NCBI GenBank assembly: GCA_000004695.1
Contig: CM000153.2
Location: 4,960,001 to 5,024,000, forward strand
DNA: 64,000 bases
Reading direction: 5' to 3'
Source of the DNA: Dictyostelium discoideum
Taxonomy: Eukaryota
Below are positions 25,657-39,347 of the stretch, in pieces. Every line of letters begins with the position of its first letter. Position 1 is the stretch's first letter. The notes under the pieces are model-generated. The model had not been told where the DNA came from. It made no database searches and saw only the letters and a list, made by a program, of their open reading frames with translations. Both the position numbers and the translations under genes were made by a program.

Positions 25657-28428
25657 ATGATTCATAAAATGTATTTTTTTTTAATACTTTTATTTTCATT
25701 ATTTATTATAGTTTATTCGGCACCAAATCGTAAGTAAATTTAAATTTTTCCAAACATATTATCATTTTGCTTTTTGTTATTTCAAATTAATTAACATGTT
25801 AATTTTATATTAGGGGTAACCAGAAATGAAACTTCTATAGTATATACCTATTCCCTTGATAGTGATTATTATACTCGTTTTGTTATGTATCTAAATGCTA
25901 CTACCTTAAGAACTGATATAGCTCCAAATTATTTTGATTGCAGCCAAATTGTCAACTCAGAGAGATATTGTGTATTCCATTTTGCTGATTCATTTTCAAG
26001 ATTATGGGGAGCCGTTTACAGTAGAGTCTGTACAAGAACAGTATCTGACCCAACGGAGGATTGTCAAAGTACTTGGATCACTGATAATGCTTTTCCAGAA
26101 CCCCTCAATGTAAAATTTAGTGGATATCCAAGTACGTCTGGAGGTGATGTTGTTTTTACTGGCCTTTTTTTAAGATTGGCTGGAGGTCCTAATACTCTTG
26201 CAAATTCTTTTACTAACCCTTCAAAAACCTTTCTTATTAAAGTTCATGGTAATTTCTCTGATCCAAATTTTAATTGTAATAATTTCACTGCAACATTTCC
26301 ACCAAGTTCTGGGTATATCAAGGTATATTTTGATGACACTGGAAAGAGTTCTCTTCAATTACGATATGCTTCACCAACTGTATCAAGTTTTATTCTTGAT
26401 GAATCAAAAAAATTAGTAACAATAAATGGTGATAACTATTTCACAAAGAATTCCTTAGTTCAAGTTTTTTTTGATGGTATTATTCAAAACAATATTAATA
26501 TTACAGTGAATCATTCACAAATTCAAGTGAATAACTTTATTAGAGTTGATCCTGGTCCAATGTCTGTCAATATTACTATAAACGCTGTTTCAATTGATAA
26601 TAATTATACTTATTGTTTCCCAGCAGTGATATCATCAATCTCATCGGTTTCAAATCATTTAGGTGGTGTTGTAACTATTAAAGGTTCAAAGCTATCTTCA
26701 ACTTCAATTATTCCAACAATTAAAATTGGTGATAAACAATGTACATTTATTAAATCAACAACAACTGAATTAGAATGTCAATTAGAACCAAATGAAACTG
26801 GTGGTAAACATTTACCAGTTGATGTTAATTTCGGTGGTTGTAATTCAACAAGTTCTGGTAGTGATGCTGTAACCTTTACATATAGTATTCCAACGCTATC
26901 AAGTGGAACATTATCAAATGGTATAGTTACATTAATTGGTACAAATCTTGGTACAATTAATGATTCATTCATTCAATTAAACTCCAATGGAGCTATTGAC
27001 AATGTAAAGAATGATCAATTTAATATATCATCCGATGAAACTACTGCTACATTTAAATTACCACTATTAAAATGTAAATCATTTTATATTAATTTCACTC
27101 GTGTTGATATTTCAGCAAATAATAAACCTTCAATTTCAGCACCATTATTAATATATGTAATCAATAAACCTACAGTATCAAATGGATCAATAAATATTGA
27201 ATTATATTATATTGATTGTCCAATCAGTCCATCATCAACACCAAGTATTACTGTGGGTAATTCATCATCAGCTACTCAATGCTCAATACCATCATTAAAA
27301 AATTTATCAGAATACTATCAAACAACATGTTCAATACCATATGGTACTGGTACAAATAAACAATTCAAATTCAAATATAATTCAGAGGAAAGTAATAGTG
27401 AATTCTCATATGAACCACCAAAAGTTGAATCACGTTCATTCTCCAAAGGTCTATTTAATATTACAATTAATGGTAATAATTTTGGTAACTCAACATCATT
27501 GATTAAAGTTTATTTCAATGGTAGTGATATTTCATCAGAAATTCAATCATTAAATGATAATCAATTTACATTTAAAAGATTAAATTCATATGAAAATGGC
27601 CCAATTAATATTACTGTAGATGGCAATAGTAATATGGAGCCATCGTTTTATTTAACATTACCACCTGTTATTTATTCTATAATAAATAAAGAAAATAAAA
27701 CAATTGGTTGTGGTGGTCTAATCACAATTTCTGGTAAGAATTTATTAACAAGTGATGATAAATTCAAAGTTAGAGTATTAGCAAATAATGAAAATACTAC
27801 TGTAATAGTTCCCGATGAAAAAACATTAATTGTAAGAGCTAATAATAAAGATAGTCCACTCTTTGTTTCAACATTAATTGGAGATGATTTGGGTCCAAAT
27901 ACAACATTAACATATTTTGAACCAAGAATCACAGTTATTCCAACAGTTAAAAATAAAAAAGATGGTATTTCAATAAGAGTGGGTGGTGTTAGTTTATCAG
28001 GTATTATAAATGCAAGTTTAGGAATTTCATCAGAAAATGTTTCTCTTTCATGTGATTTACAATGTAGTTTATCTCCAAATGAAACATTTTATTTAAGTAA
28101 TCCAATACTAAGTTCAAATGAAAAAGATATAACAAATAGTACTGATTGTTTATCATGTCATTCAATGAATTCAATTGTTGTTGATGAAACATCAGGAGTA
28201 TTATATCTCCAATTAGGCCCAACATCATATCATTATGATGTTAAAATCGAAGAAATTCAATCATCATTAAATCCATCATCATCAAATGGTGGTGAAAGAA
28301 AATCATCAAAACTATCAGGTGGTGCAATTGCTGGTATTACAATTGGTTGTGTTGCTGGTGCTGGTGCTTTAGTTGGTTCTGTCTTTTATTTTAAATTAAT
28401 CACTCGTGTTAAAAAAGCATTCAATTAA
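25657..28428 (+). CDS. Tgr family IPT/TIG-repeat type-I membrane glycoprotein with very short (~11 aa) cytoplasmic tail (tgrC-like); model join(25657..25729,25814..28428), ~895 aa
   Basis: Exon 1 encodes signal peptide M(IHKM)[19 protein letters not shown], then GTAAGT at 25730. The intron is 84 nt and ends TATTAG at 25813, in phase 1 with exon 2. Several TIG domains are present ([31 protein letters not shown]). The C-terminal TM is [22 protein letters not shown], followed by [11 protein letters not shown]. Confidence 0.75.
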
Positions 28429-29051
28429 TATTTTAATAATAGTATTTGATGGTGTAAATTACAAATTGGGATCCAAATTACAGTAGATCATACACAAATT
28501 CAAGTGAATAACTTTAATTACACTGGAAAATATTAATTTAATGTATTATAAAAAATATTCATAACATTTATAACTGTATCTTATTAATTATTAATAATCA
28601 TTTTATGAAAAAAAAAAAAAAAAAAATAGTAATTTTAATATTAATTTAATAAACTATTTATTAAATACCAATAATAAAAATTATAAATTTGATTTTATTT
28701 TATTATAAATTTTATTTCACACAATTTAATAAATATTTATTACATTCATTTGAAAGTGTATTTAAAATTTTAAATTTAATGAACAATTTGCTTGATAATC
28801 TATTTCATTACTAGTTTATAAACTCGGTGAATCTGGTTCCAAACTATGACCTTTTCAACTTCTTTTTTAGTTTATGAACTACTATCAAGACCACTGCTTT
28901 GACTATCGATATCAAAGATTTCATTATCCTATATATATGATTGGAGCTTTTTTGGTCGAACCAAAAATAAAGAAGATGTTGTAGTTGATGTACTTATTGA
29001 TGATTGTTGTTCATTATTAATATTTATAGTATTAGTTGATGATAATACAAA

Positions 29052-29157
<106 letters not shown>

Positions 29158-29749
29158 CTATTTAATATACTGCAATGGTATATTAAATTATTGAGTTGAT
29201 TATTATTATTATTATTATTATTTTCTATTTGATGTTGTTTTAGATTTTAAATAATTTCATTTTTATCGGTTAATTATAATTTCAATTCCACTCCTAAGTA
29301 ACTCTTTTCTTATGTCTCAGTGTGCATTGGTCAATAGCATTCAAATTATACCTAAAAAAAAAAAAAAAATTTAATTTTTTTTTTCATTTTATTTTTCATT
29401 TTTTTTTTTTTTTTCATTTTTTTTTTTCAAAAAATAATTTAAATTAAGTATAGATAAATAGAGCACTCAAATACACAAAATGATATAAAAATCAAAAAAA
29501 ATAAATGTAATCATTCTGTTTTTTGAATTTTTTTTTATTTTTTAAATCAAAAATTTTATTTTTAGAATTTAATTATTTATATAAAAAAATAATGCTTTTA
29601 TTGATGATAACATTCAAATTAGACACAAAAAAAAAAAAAAAAAAAAAAAAAATTTCCCCAATTTAAATTTAATAAAAATAAGAAAAAAAAAAAAAAATTT
29701 TTTGCAACTTACACAAAATCATAGTTCACATCAAAGAGTGTTTGAAAAA

Positions 29750-30009
29750 AAAAATTTTTAAAATTTTAATTTTTAAAATTTTAATTTTTAAAATTTTAAT
29801 TTCTTTTAAAAAAGAATACTTTTGAACAGACATTACATTCCATTTGGGTTTCAAATTTATAAAAAAAAAAAAAAAATAAAAAAATAATAATCAAAATTGA
29901 AAACAAAAAAAAAATATCTTTTGATATTTTTTTTTTTTTTTTTATAAATTTTGAAACCGAAATGGAATGAAATGTCTTTTAAAAAAGAATACTTTTGAAC
30001 AGACATTCA
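29750..30009. repeat. Composite repeat: 13-bp tandem (ttttaaaattttaattt x4) followed by a ~200-bp palindromic unit
   Basis: The A block (aaaaaagaatacttttgaacagacatt) occurs directly at 29806..29832 and 29981..30007. The B block 29833..29856 (acattccatttgggtttcaaattt) is the reverse complement of 29948..29977. Confidence 0.7.
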
Positions 30010-30018
30010 GAACTTTTT

Positions 30019-30074
<56 letters not shown>

Positions 30075-30192
30075 CGATATAAAATAAAATAAAATAAAAT
30101 AAAAAAAAATAAAATAAAATAAAATAACACAACCAAATAAATAAAAAAAGAAAAAAAAAAAAAATACAACTTAAATAGATACTAATAAAAAA

Positions 30193-30906
30193 ATGAAATT
30201 ATTATTTATTTTATTAATTTTAACAATAACTATTAAAAATTGTTTATCAATTAATATAAACGATAATAATAATCAAATTATAAATTTAAAAATAAACGAT
30301 ACATCCTATTCAATGGTACCATATCAAGATGAAGCATGTGCTAATTTGGAAGAAAGTATTGGTTTTACATTCCCAAGTTCACCATCAAAAGTAAAAGAGG
30401 TAATGACAGTTTTTGGTCAATTTAATAATAATTTCTGTGTAGTGATTTCAAATGATGGTTCAGGTACATTTGAGATTGAATGGTATATCGATCAAGATTG
30501 TTCAAACATCGCACCAAAATCAAAACCATATTCAACTGAACAATATCAAATTGGGAAATGTTTATACTCAAGTACAATGGGTTCATACTATACTCTAACT
30601 GAGACCGATCAAGTCCAATTCGATGAAAACACATTAATCATTCAAGATACCATCAAACAAGATAATAGTAAATGTAATTCAGTTAGAGAGGGTTATTATA
30701 GTTTTGTTAAAAACTCTACTCAATTCCAAGAAATGAGAGGCTGGGTGACCTTTACTGATACTTATTATTGTACTGACAATTTACAACCATTTTGTTATTC
30801 TTGTTCCGATGAGGGTTGTAATCAACTTTATTTAGAACAAACTTGTGTTCAACAAGATAACTTTAATATTAAATGTTTTGGTTCATCATCATCTTCTTCT
30901 TTCTAA
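30193..30906 (+). CDS. Secreted Cys-rich protein (237 aa), uncharacterised
   Basis: It has a signal peptide MKLLFILLILTITIKNCLS, 18 Cys and a Ser tail. It is a single exon. Confidence 0.6.
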   Translation: MKLLFILLILTITIKNCLSININDNNNQIINLKINDTSYSMVPYQDEACANLEESIGFTFPSSPSKVKEVMTVFGQFNNNFCVVISNDGSGTFEIEWYIDQDCSNIAPKSKPYSTEQYQIGKCLYSSTMGSYYTLTETDQVQFDENTLIIQDTIKQDNSKCNSVREGYYSFVKNSTQFQEMRGWVTFTDTYYCTDNLQPFCYSCSDEGCNQLYLEQTCVQQDNFNIKCFGSSSSSSF

Positions 30907-31078
30907 ATTTTAATAAAATTATTAAAAAATAAAAAAAAATAAATAAACAATAATTAAAAAATTTATATATATTCATAAATTTTATCTTATGACTCTAAAT
31001 GAAAAAAAAAAAAAAAAAAAAAAAAATATTAAAAAAAAAAAAAAATAAACTATAATACTTTTAAAACAAATTTAATTT

Positions 31079-31122
<44 letters not shown>

Positions 31123-32544
31123 GTTTATTAAAGGTGAAGTAATTGTTGGAGTTGAGGTTTGAGAATTTATATTTTGTTGTGAGATTTGATTTTGTGAATT
31201 TGTTGAATTAAAGGAGGTTGATGGTAGAATTGTTGGGCTGACCTCATAAGAGGTGGTAGCATTGGTGGCGGTATTTGATGATTTGGAACATTTACGGTTC
31301 TTAATTCATTGCAAAACATTTGAATATCTTTCTCTAGTACAGATTGGATTCAGTGAATCCAAATAAAATAATTCCAATACACAATCATTTATAAAACAAG
31401 TTAATAGTTTCATTTTAGACAACACATTGGTTTGAATTTAATGAACTATATAGAAATCTTATTTTGTATATTACAACCAACAATAATCTTTATTTTTTTA
31501 CTTTTTATTTTTTATTTTTTTATTTATTTATTTTTATTTTTATTTTTATTTTTATTTTTAATTTTAATTATAATTTACATAATAAATCTCTTTTTATCTT
31601 GTCAAATGCTAATGTTGATTGTAGTGAAGTGGAATGACACTATTATTAACACAACCTCTATTATTATGAATATTACTACTACTACTACTACTACTCCTAC
31701 TACTACTACTAATATCCTGATGTTATTGAGGTAATTTTAGATATTTATTGAAATATTTTGATTGTTGATAATTCTTTTTCATGTTTCCTTGGTAGTTCTT
31801 TGATTTATGGGTCAAAGGAACTGATATCATTCTCTTGTTAATTTGGTTTTTATAAATTCTCTTTAATTGGTATTGGTGGTTGTCTGGTGTTATTTTTGTT
31901 GTTGTAGTGTTTTTTTGGTGAAGAGGAAGGTGTAGAAGATTTATCATTATTAGGATTTGGTTATCAATCTTAAGGTTGATTATTTTTTAAATTAGAGTAA
32001 TTTGTTGTTATTGTTATTGTATTACTTTATTGATTAATATTATAAAGTGAAGTGGTAATCCGTAATTATATATTAGTAATAGTTTTGTAATAAGTCATGG
32101 TGTGATGATAGGGATCTTTGGGTGTGTGAGGTGGTGGTGAAATCCTTTGTTAATGGTACTGGTGATGAAATTGGGTGAAAAAAGATCAATTGGATGGTTG
32201 ATTATTGAATTGATTTAGAGTTGGTTGATGATTTGGTTGGGTTTGACATAGTAAACTATATATTGGTTTGATATTGGTTGGATTCAAATTGTTTAAAAAA
32301 AAAAAAAAAAAAATAATAAAAATAAAAAAAAAGTTTTGTTGGCCTAAAGTTGGAGATTTAAAAATGAAAAGAAAAATTTTATTATCATATGATAATGAAT
32401 TAATTATTTTATAATAATTTTGTGTAACTATTTGGTAAAAAATGTTTATTTATTTATTTTTTTATTTTTTTATTATTTTTTTTTTTCCTTCTTATTTATT
32501 TATTTTATTTTTTTTTTTTTATAAAAAAAAAGATTATTTAACTT

Positions 32545-34267
<1,723 letters not shown>

Positions 34268-34530
34268 TTTTACTTTTGTGTAAAAAAAATTTTATTTAAA
34301 AAAAAATAAATAAAATAAAAAAAATAAAAAGGTAAATAATAATAATTTTATGATTAGTGTAAAATTAAAAAATGGTATATTTAGATTTAAATTAATTTTA
34401 AATAAATACCAAAAAAAAAATTAAATTTACTAATGTATAAATATATAATATGATTTGTTTTAGATGTACAAATTTATGAATAAAAAAAAAAATAAAAAAA
34501 TAAATCATTGTACAGTGTAACACATAAAAA

Positions 34531-34563
<33 letters not shown>

Positions 34564-35252
34564 CTATTTCCTAACACCTAATACACCCATTTTTACAAAT
34601 TAACACAAAAAAAATGTATATAATATATTTATATATTCATATTTAAAAAAATTGCTTCCAATAAAAAATTACCAAACCAATAAAAGCTCATTCTCTAAAA
34701 AAACACCACCAGATTTCAAAAAAAAAAAAAAAAAAAAAAAAAAAAACAAAACAGTTTGGAATTATTTGAGGGTTAATTATTTTTATTATAGTTGTTCATT
34801 GTTTTATTTTCATTTATGTCTAGATTTTCAATATTATTATTTTTATTATTAAAAAAAAAAAATAAAAAAAAATAAAAAAAATGAGTTATAACTTGGTTTT
34901 TTTTTTTTTCAAAATACAAAAATCAATCATCATAACAATTATGGGGTTAGATTAAAAAAAATTATTTAATGTGGGTGTGAATTTTTATAATAATATAACA
35001 AACCTACACAAAAACTTGGTGGTGAAAGTGGTAAAAATAAAATAATCATAATTGTGTTTTTATATTCTTTTGATTTAATTTATTTTTATTTTTTTTTATT
35101 TTTTTTTTTAATGTTGAGTAGGTTACATCACTTTTTCAAACATCATTCACACCCAAATATATATATATATATATATAGTATAAAGGAAACAAATTAATTC
35201 AGAATGCCACAAAAAAAAAAAAATAAAAAAAAAAAAAAATAAAAAAAAAAAA

Positions 35253-35283
<31 letters not shown>

Positions 35284-35289
35284 AGGTAA

Positions 35290-35590
35290 TTAGAAAAGAA
35301 TTGTCCAATGTTAATTCTCTGTTATCCCAATCACCGACAATTTCGAACATGATTTCTATGTTGTACATTTATTAGATCAACAACAACAACAACAACTACT
35401 ACACAACTGAATTAGAATGTCAATTAGATCCAAATTAATGTGTTTGTAATTTAATTACAACCAGTAAACAGGTTCTGGTTTAATATTCCCGAATAATATT
35501 CTAACATTATCAAGTCAATCATATTCAAATAGTACCGTTGCATTAATTTAAAACCAATGGTTACTGTTATTCTCCAACCATTAAAAACAA
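35290..35590 (+). pseudogene. Degenerate fragment of a tgrC-like IPT-domain coding sequence (homologous to ~26690..26960)
   Basis: 35397..35434 matches 26754..26791 at 30/31 nt (acaactgaattagaatgtcaattaga(a/t)ccaaat). Flanking similarity is gapped and decayed. It has no ORF and stops in all frames. Confidence 0.65.
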
Positions 35591-36052
35591 TTAATAAAAG
35601 AAAAAAAATTAAATAAATAAAACAAAATGAATAAAAAATTTAAATTATAATTAATTTATGAATAAATTTATTTAAAGAGTTTTGATTGTGATATTGGATA
35701 TTGTAGTGGGTATTACTGTTTAAAAATTTTAAAAAAAAAAAAAAATAAAAATAATTACTTAAAATATCAATTTACTATATCACTAAAAAATTAATAGTAA
35801 TTTTATTTTATTAATTACCTTTTTAATTTTTATTTTATTTTTAAAATAAATATATACACATATGTATTTTATTTTATTATAGGTAATTATTATAGGTAAT
35901 TATTATTATTATAATTTTGTTTTTTTATTTTTATTTATTTATTTATTTATTTATTTGTATAAAATTTTTATAAAATATAAATTTTCTTTTTTTTTTTATT
36001 ATTTATTACTTATTATTATTTATTATTTATTATTTCTTTATTTTTTTTTTTA

Positions 36053-36460
<408 letters not shown>

Positions 36461-36819
36461 TTACTATTTTTATTACTATTATTACTATTATAATTATAAA
36501 TAAATATCAATATTATAGTATTTATGAATATTGAATTATTCAAATAATTTGTATTATTTGCAAAGGTGATGTTTTGAAACAGAAAAAAAAAAAAAAAAAT
36601 TAAAAACAAAAATAAAAATAAAAAAAAAAATAAAATAATTTTTTTATTTTTTTTTTTTTATTTTTTTTTTCGACTTAGGAGCTATTCTGTCGTGGTTTTA
36701 AAAAAAACCCTATTTCATTAACTGACAAAACGGTTTTTTATTTGAAATCACTGATTGATATGAGTAACAAAATATCAGAAAAAAAAAAAATCGTCGTTTG
36801 ACACAATTTTTCAAAAATA

Positions 36820-36856
<37 letters not shown>

Positions 36857-36971
36857 TTTAATCAAAACCCGAAATTTATTTTGGTTTTTTTTTTTTTTTT
36901 TTTTTTTTTTTATTAATTTATTATTGTGTGCGTTTTAAAATAAGACAACCAAAAACCAAAAAAGAAAAAAG

Positions 36972-37762
36972 ATGGCAACAAACAAATTTGTATTTTTATT
37001 TTTATTTTTTATAATTGTTATTGTTACTGTGACAAGTTCAAATAATATAATAAAAGTTATTGATAGCAGTGATAGTAATAGTGATAGTGATAGCGATAGT
37101 AATAGTGGTAGTAGTAATAGTAAATATAATTTTATATCATCTACAATTACAAGTTTAGAATTATCAAAAGTTTGTCCAAATGAAGATTCAATAGATTATT
37201 ATCGTATTGGTGAATGCATTGATGGATATATGTACAATTGTGACATTGAAAACCAAAATGTATTGGTCAGTAGTTTTGGCGATTTCGAATGTTCAATTCT
37301 AAATACAACTACCACTTTTCCAATTGGTTGTTCATCAAATTCAAATTTAACCTCCTATTATAATTGTGTTGAAGAGATAACTCCAACACCATTATCTTAT
37401 ATTATCACTACTTTTGGTGCTCGTCAATGTGATAAAACTCAAATAATTCACCAAAGATTTGTAAAATTAGGTAAATTTTAAAAATTAAATATAGATTTTC
37501 AAAAAAAAAAAAAAAAAGAAAAAAAAAAAAAAAAAGTGTGTATCTAACTTTTTATTATTATTTTTGTTTTATTATTACTATAGATAATTGTGGATCATCT
37601 ATGTATCCAATAATATATGGATCATGTAATTCAACTTATTATTCTTACACCTATTATAATACAACAACTTGTGAAACACCTATTTATGAAATGGCAGATG
37701 TTTTAAATGTTTGTGTAGAATCTGACATATTCAATCAATCATATTTATCTCAATGTATATAA
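36972..37762 (+). CDS. Secreted Ser/Asp-rich, Cys-rich protein; model join(36972..37470,37584..37762)
   Basis: It has a signal/anchor MATNKFVFLFLFFIIVIVTVTSS and an (SDSN)n tract. Exon 1 ends TTAG|GTAAAT at 37471. The intron ends CTATAG at 37583 in phase 1. Exon 2 is DNCGSSMYPIIYGSCNST...SQCI. Confidence 0.6.
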
Positions 37763-38810
37763 TAATTTTAAATTTAAATAAAGAATCTAATAGGTTTTTT
37801 TTTTTAAAGAGATAATTCATGGGTTTTAGTATTAGTTTTTTATTTTTTAAAAATTTAATTTTTTTTTTTTGAAAATTAAATTTAATAAAAATAAAAATAA
37901 AAATTAAAAAAAAAAAAAATTAATCCATTTTAATCAATTTTTTTTTTGGGAAAAAAAAAAAGAAAAAAAAAAAAAAATAAAATAATTAGGACTGATTTGA
38001 ATTAAAAAAAGTAAAAAGTATAATTTTTTTTTTTTTTGGAAATCAAGATCAAAAAATGTTACTTTTTTTGGGTTTACCAAATTTGGTTGATCTTTTATTA
38101 AAAAAAAAAAAAAAAAAAATTTCAATTGGAATTTTTTAGTATAAAAAGACAAAAAATTATTCATTATTTTTAAAAAACAAATATAATTTCAAAAATAAAA
38201 AAAATTAAAATAGAAATTTTACATTTTAGGAAAAAAGAAAATGTAAAAAAAAAAAAAAAATTATAATTCTGAATAGACAATATTAAAAGGTAATTTTAAT
38301 TTTAATTTTCTTATTTTCAAATATTTTATACAAATAAATAACTTACCATTCTCTTTCCAATTATTAGGCAGAATGTAAAATTTCTTTTTGTCCTTAAACT
38401 GTCCCAAAAGGTGTAATTAAATGTCAATACTATAGTTTTTATTTTTTAGAAAAAAAAGATAGTCTTATTAAGTGGTAGTTTATTTAGTATTGGTCGGTAC
38501 TAATTCAATGTCTGAGAATCAAAGGATTTTATTTTTTTTATAAAATAAATCTTTCAATTCTCAGGCTTTGCTAATTGGTAGATTGGTATTAAACAGCTTT
38601 CACTTAATGATAATATTTTTAAATTAAAAATAAACTATTTGATTGTCGACAATAAACTATAATTTAACATGGTAGTTTGGACTTAATGCAAAGGTAAACT
38701 ATAACAATACTTTAATTCCAATACTATTTAATAAATATTGCAATTTTCTAATTATATATTATTTTATAAATTTTTAGGTTGATCCAAGAATTCAATACCT
38801 GTCAACAATA

Positions 38811-38945
38811 CTATTAAATAAAATAAATTAAAATAAATTAAAATAAAATAAATTAAAATAAATTAAAACAACAAACGAAACAAAACGAAACAAAACGAAA
38901 CGAAACAAAACAAAACAAAACAAAATAAAATAAAATAAAATAAAA
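38811..38945. repeat. Minisatellite of AAATAAATTAAAAT and (AAACG/AAAAC)n units
   Basis: Direct reading. The caaaacgaaa unit is repeated about 8 times. Confidence 0.8.
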
Positions 38946-39192
38946 CAATCATTTTAATATTTTAAATTAATTTATTTAAATTCTTAAAAGTTCATTTTTT
39001 AATTCAATCCATTTCCATTATAATTTTAAAAAGTTCTTCATATTAAAGAGATTAATAAGATGAAGAGATTAATCTTTAATAAAAGGAAGAGATTAATCTT
39101 CTCTTAAAATGATGTTGGTTTATAAAATAGAAAAAGTAAGGTTTTTATTGAATGGGGACGATTTTTTCTTATAAAAAATTGAATTTCATCAA

Positions 39193-39266
39193 GCCTTAGT
39201 AGCTCAGTTGGTACGAGCGTGAGACTGAAGATCTTAAGGTCGCTGGTTCGATCCCGGCCTGAGGCA
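39193..39266 (+). tRNA. tRNA-Phe (anticodon GAA)
   Basis: The cloverleaf folds cleanly. The acceptor GCCTTAG pairs with CTGAGGC (one G-U pair), the D arm is GCTC/GAGC, and the anticodon stem TGAGA/TCTTA carries loop CTGAAGA. The T arm GCTGG-TTCGATC-CCGGC holds the B box GGTTCGATCC. The discriminator is A, and the A box is TAGCTCAGTTGG. Confidence 0.9.
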
Positions 39267-39299
39267 ATTTTTTTTAATAAAAAACCAATTGAGATCATA

Positions 39300-39310
39300 G
39301 GTTCGATTCT
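39300..39310 (+). promoter_or_regulatory. External B box (ex-B, GGTTCGATTCT) ~35 bp downstream of tRNA-Phe
   Basis: It is a second copy of the pol III B-box consensus outside the tRNA. This is typical of Dictyostelium tRNA genes and of TRE3 landing sites. Confidence 0.55.
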
Positions 39311-39331
39311 AGTTTAATAAATCCAAAAATT

Positions 39332-39347
39332 GAAAAAGGTTCTTTTA
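39332..39347 (+). repeat. Target-site duplication, left copy (GAAAAAGGTTCTTTTA)
   Basis: It is an identical 16-mer to 40788..40803 and directly abuts the 5'-truncated end of the element. Confidence 0.75.

Noticed and set aside
28800-29050. Moderately GC-containing stretch before the (ATT)n array; minus strand reads ...STSTTTSSLFLVRPKKLQSYI*
   Set aside because: It could be a terminal exon of an unannotated minus-strand Asn-rich gene. No upstream exon or start could be connected, so it is not called.
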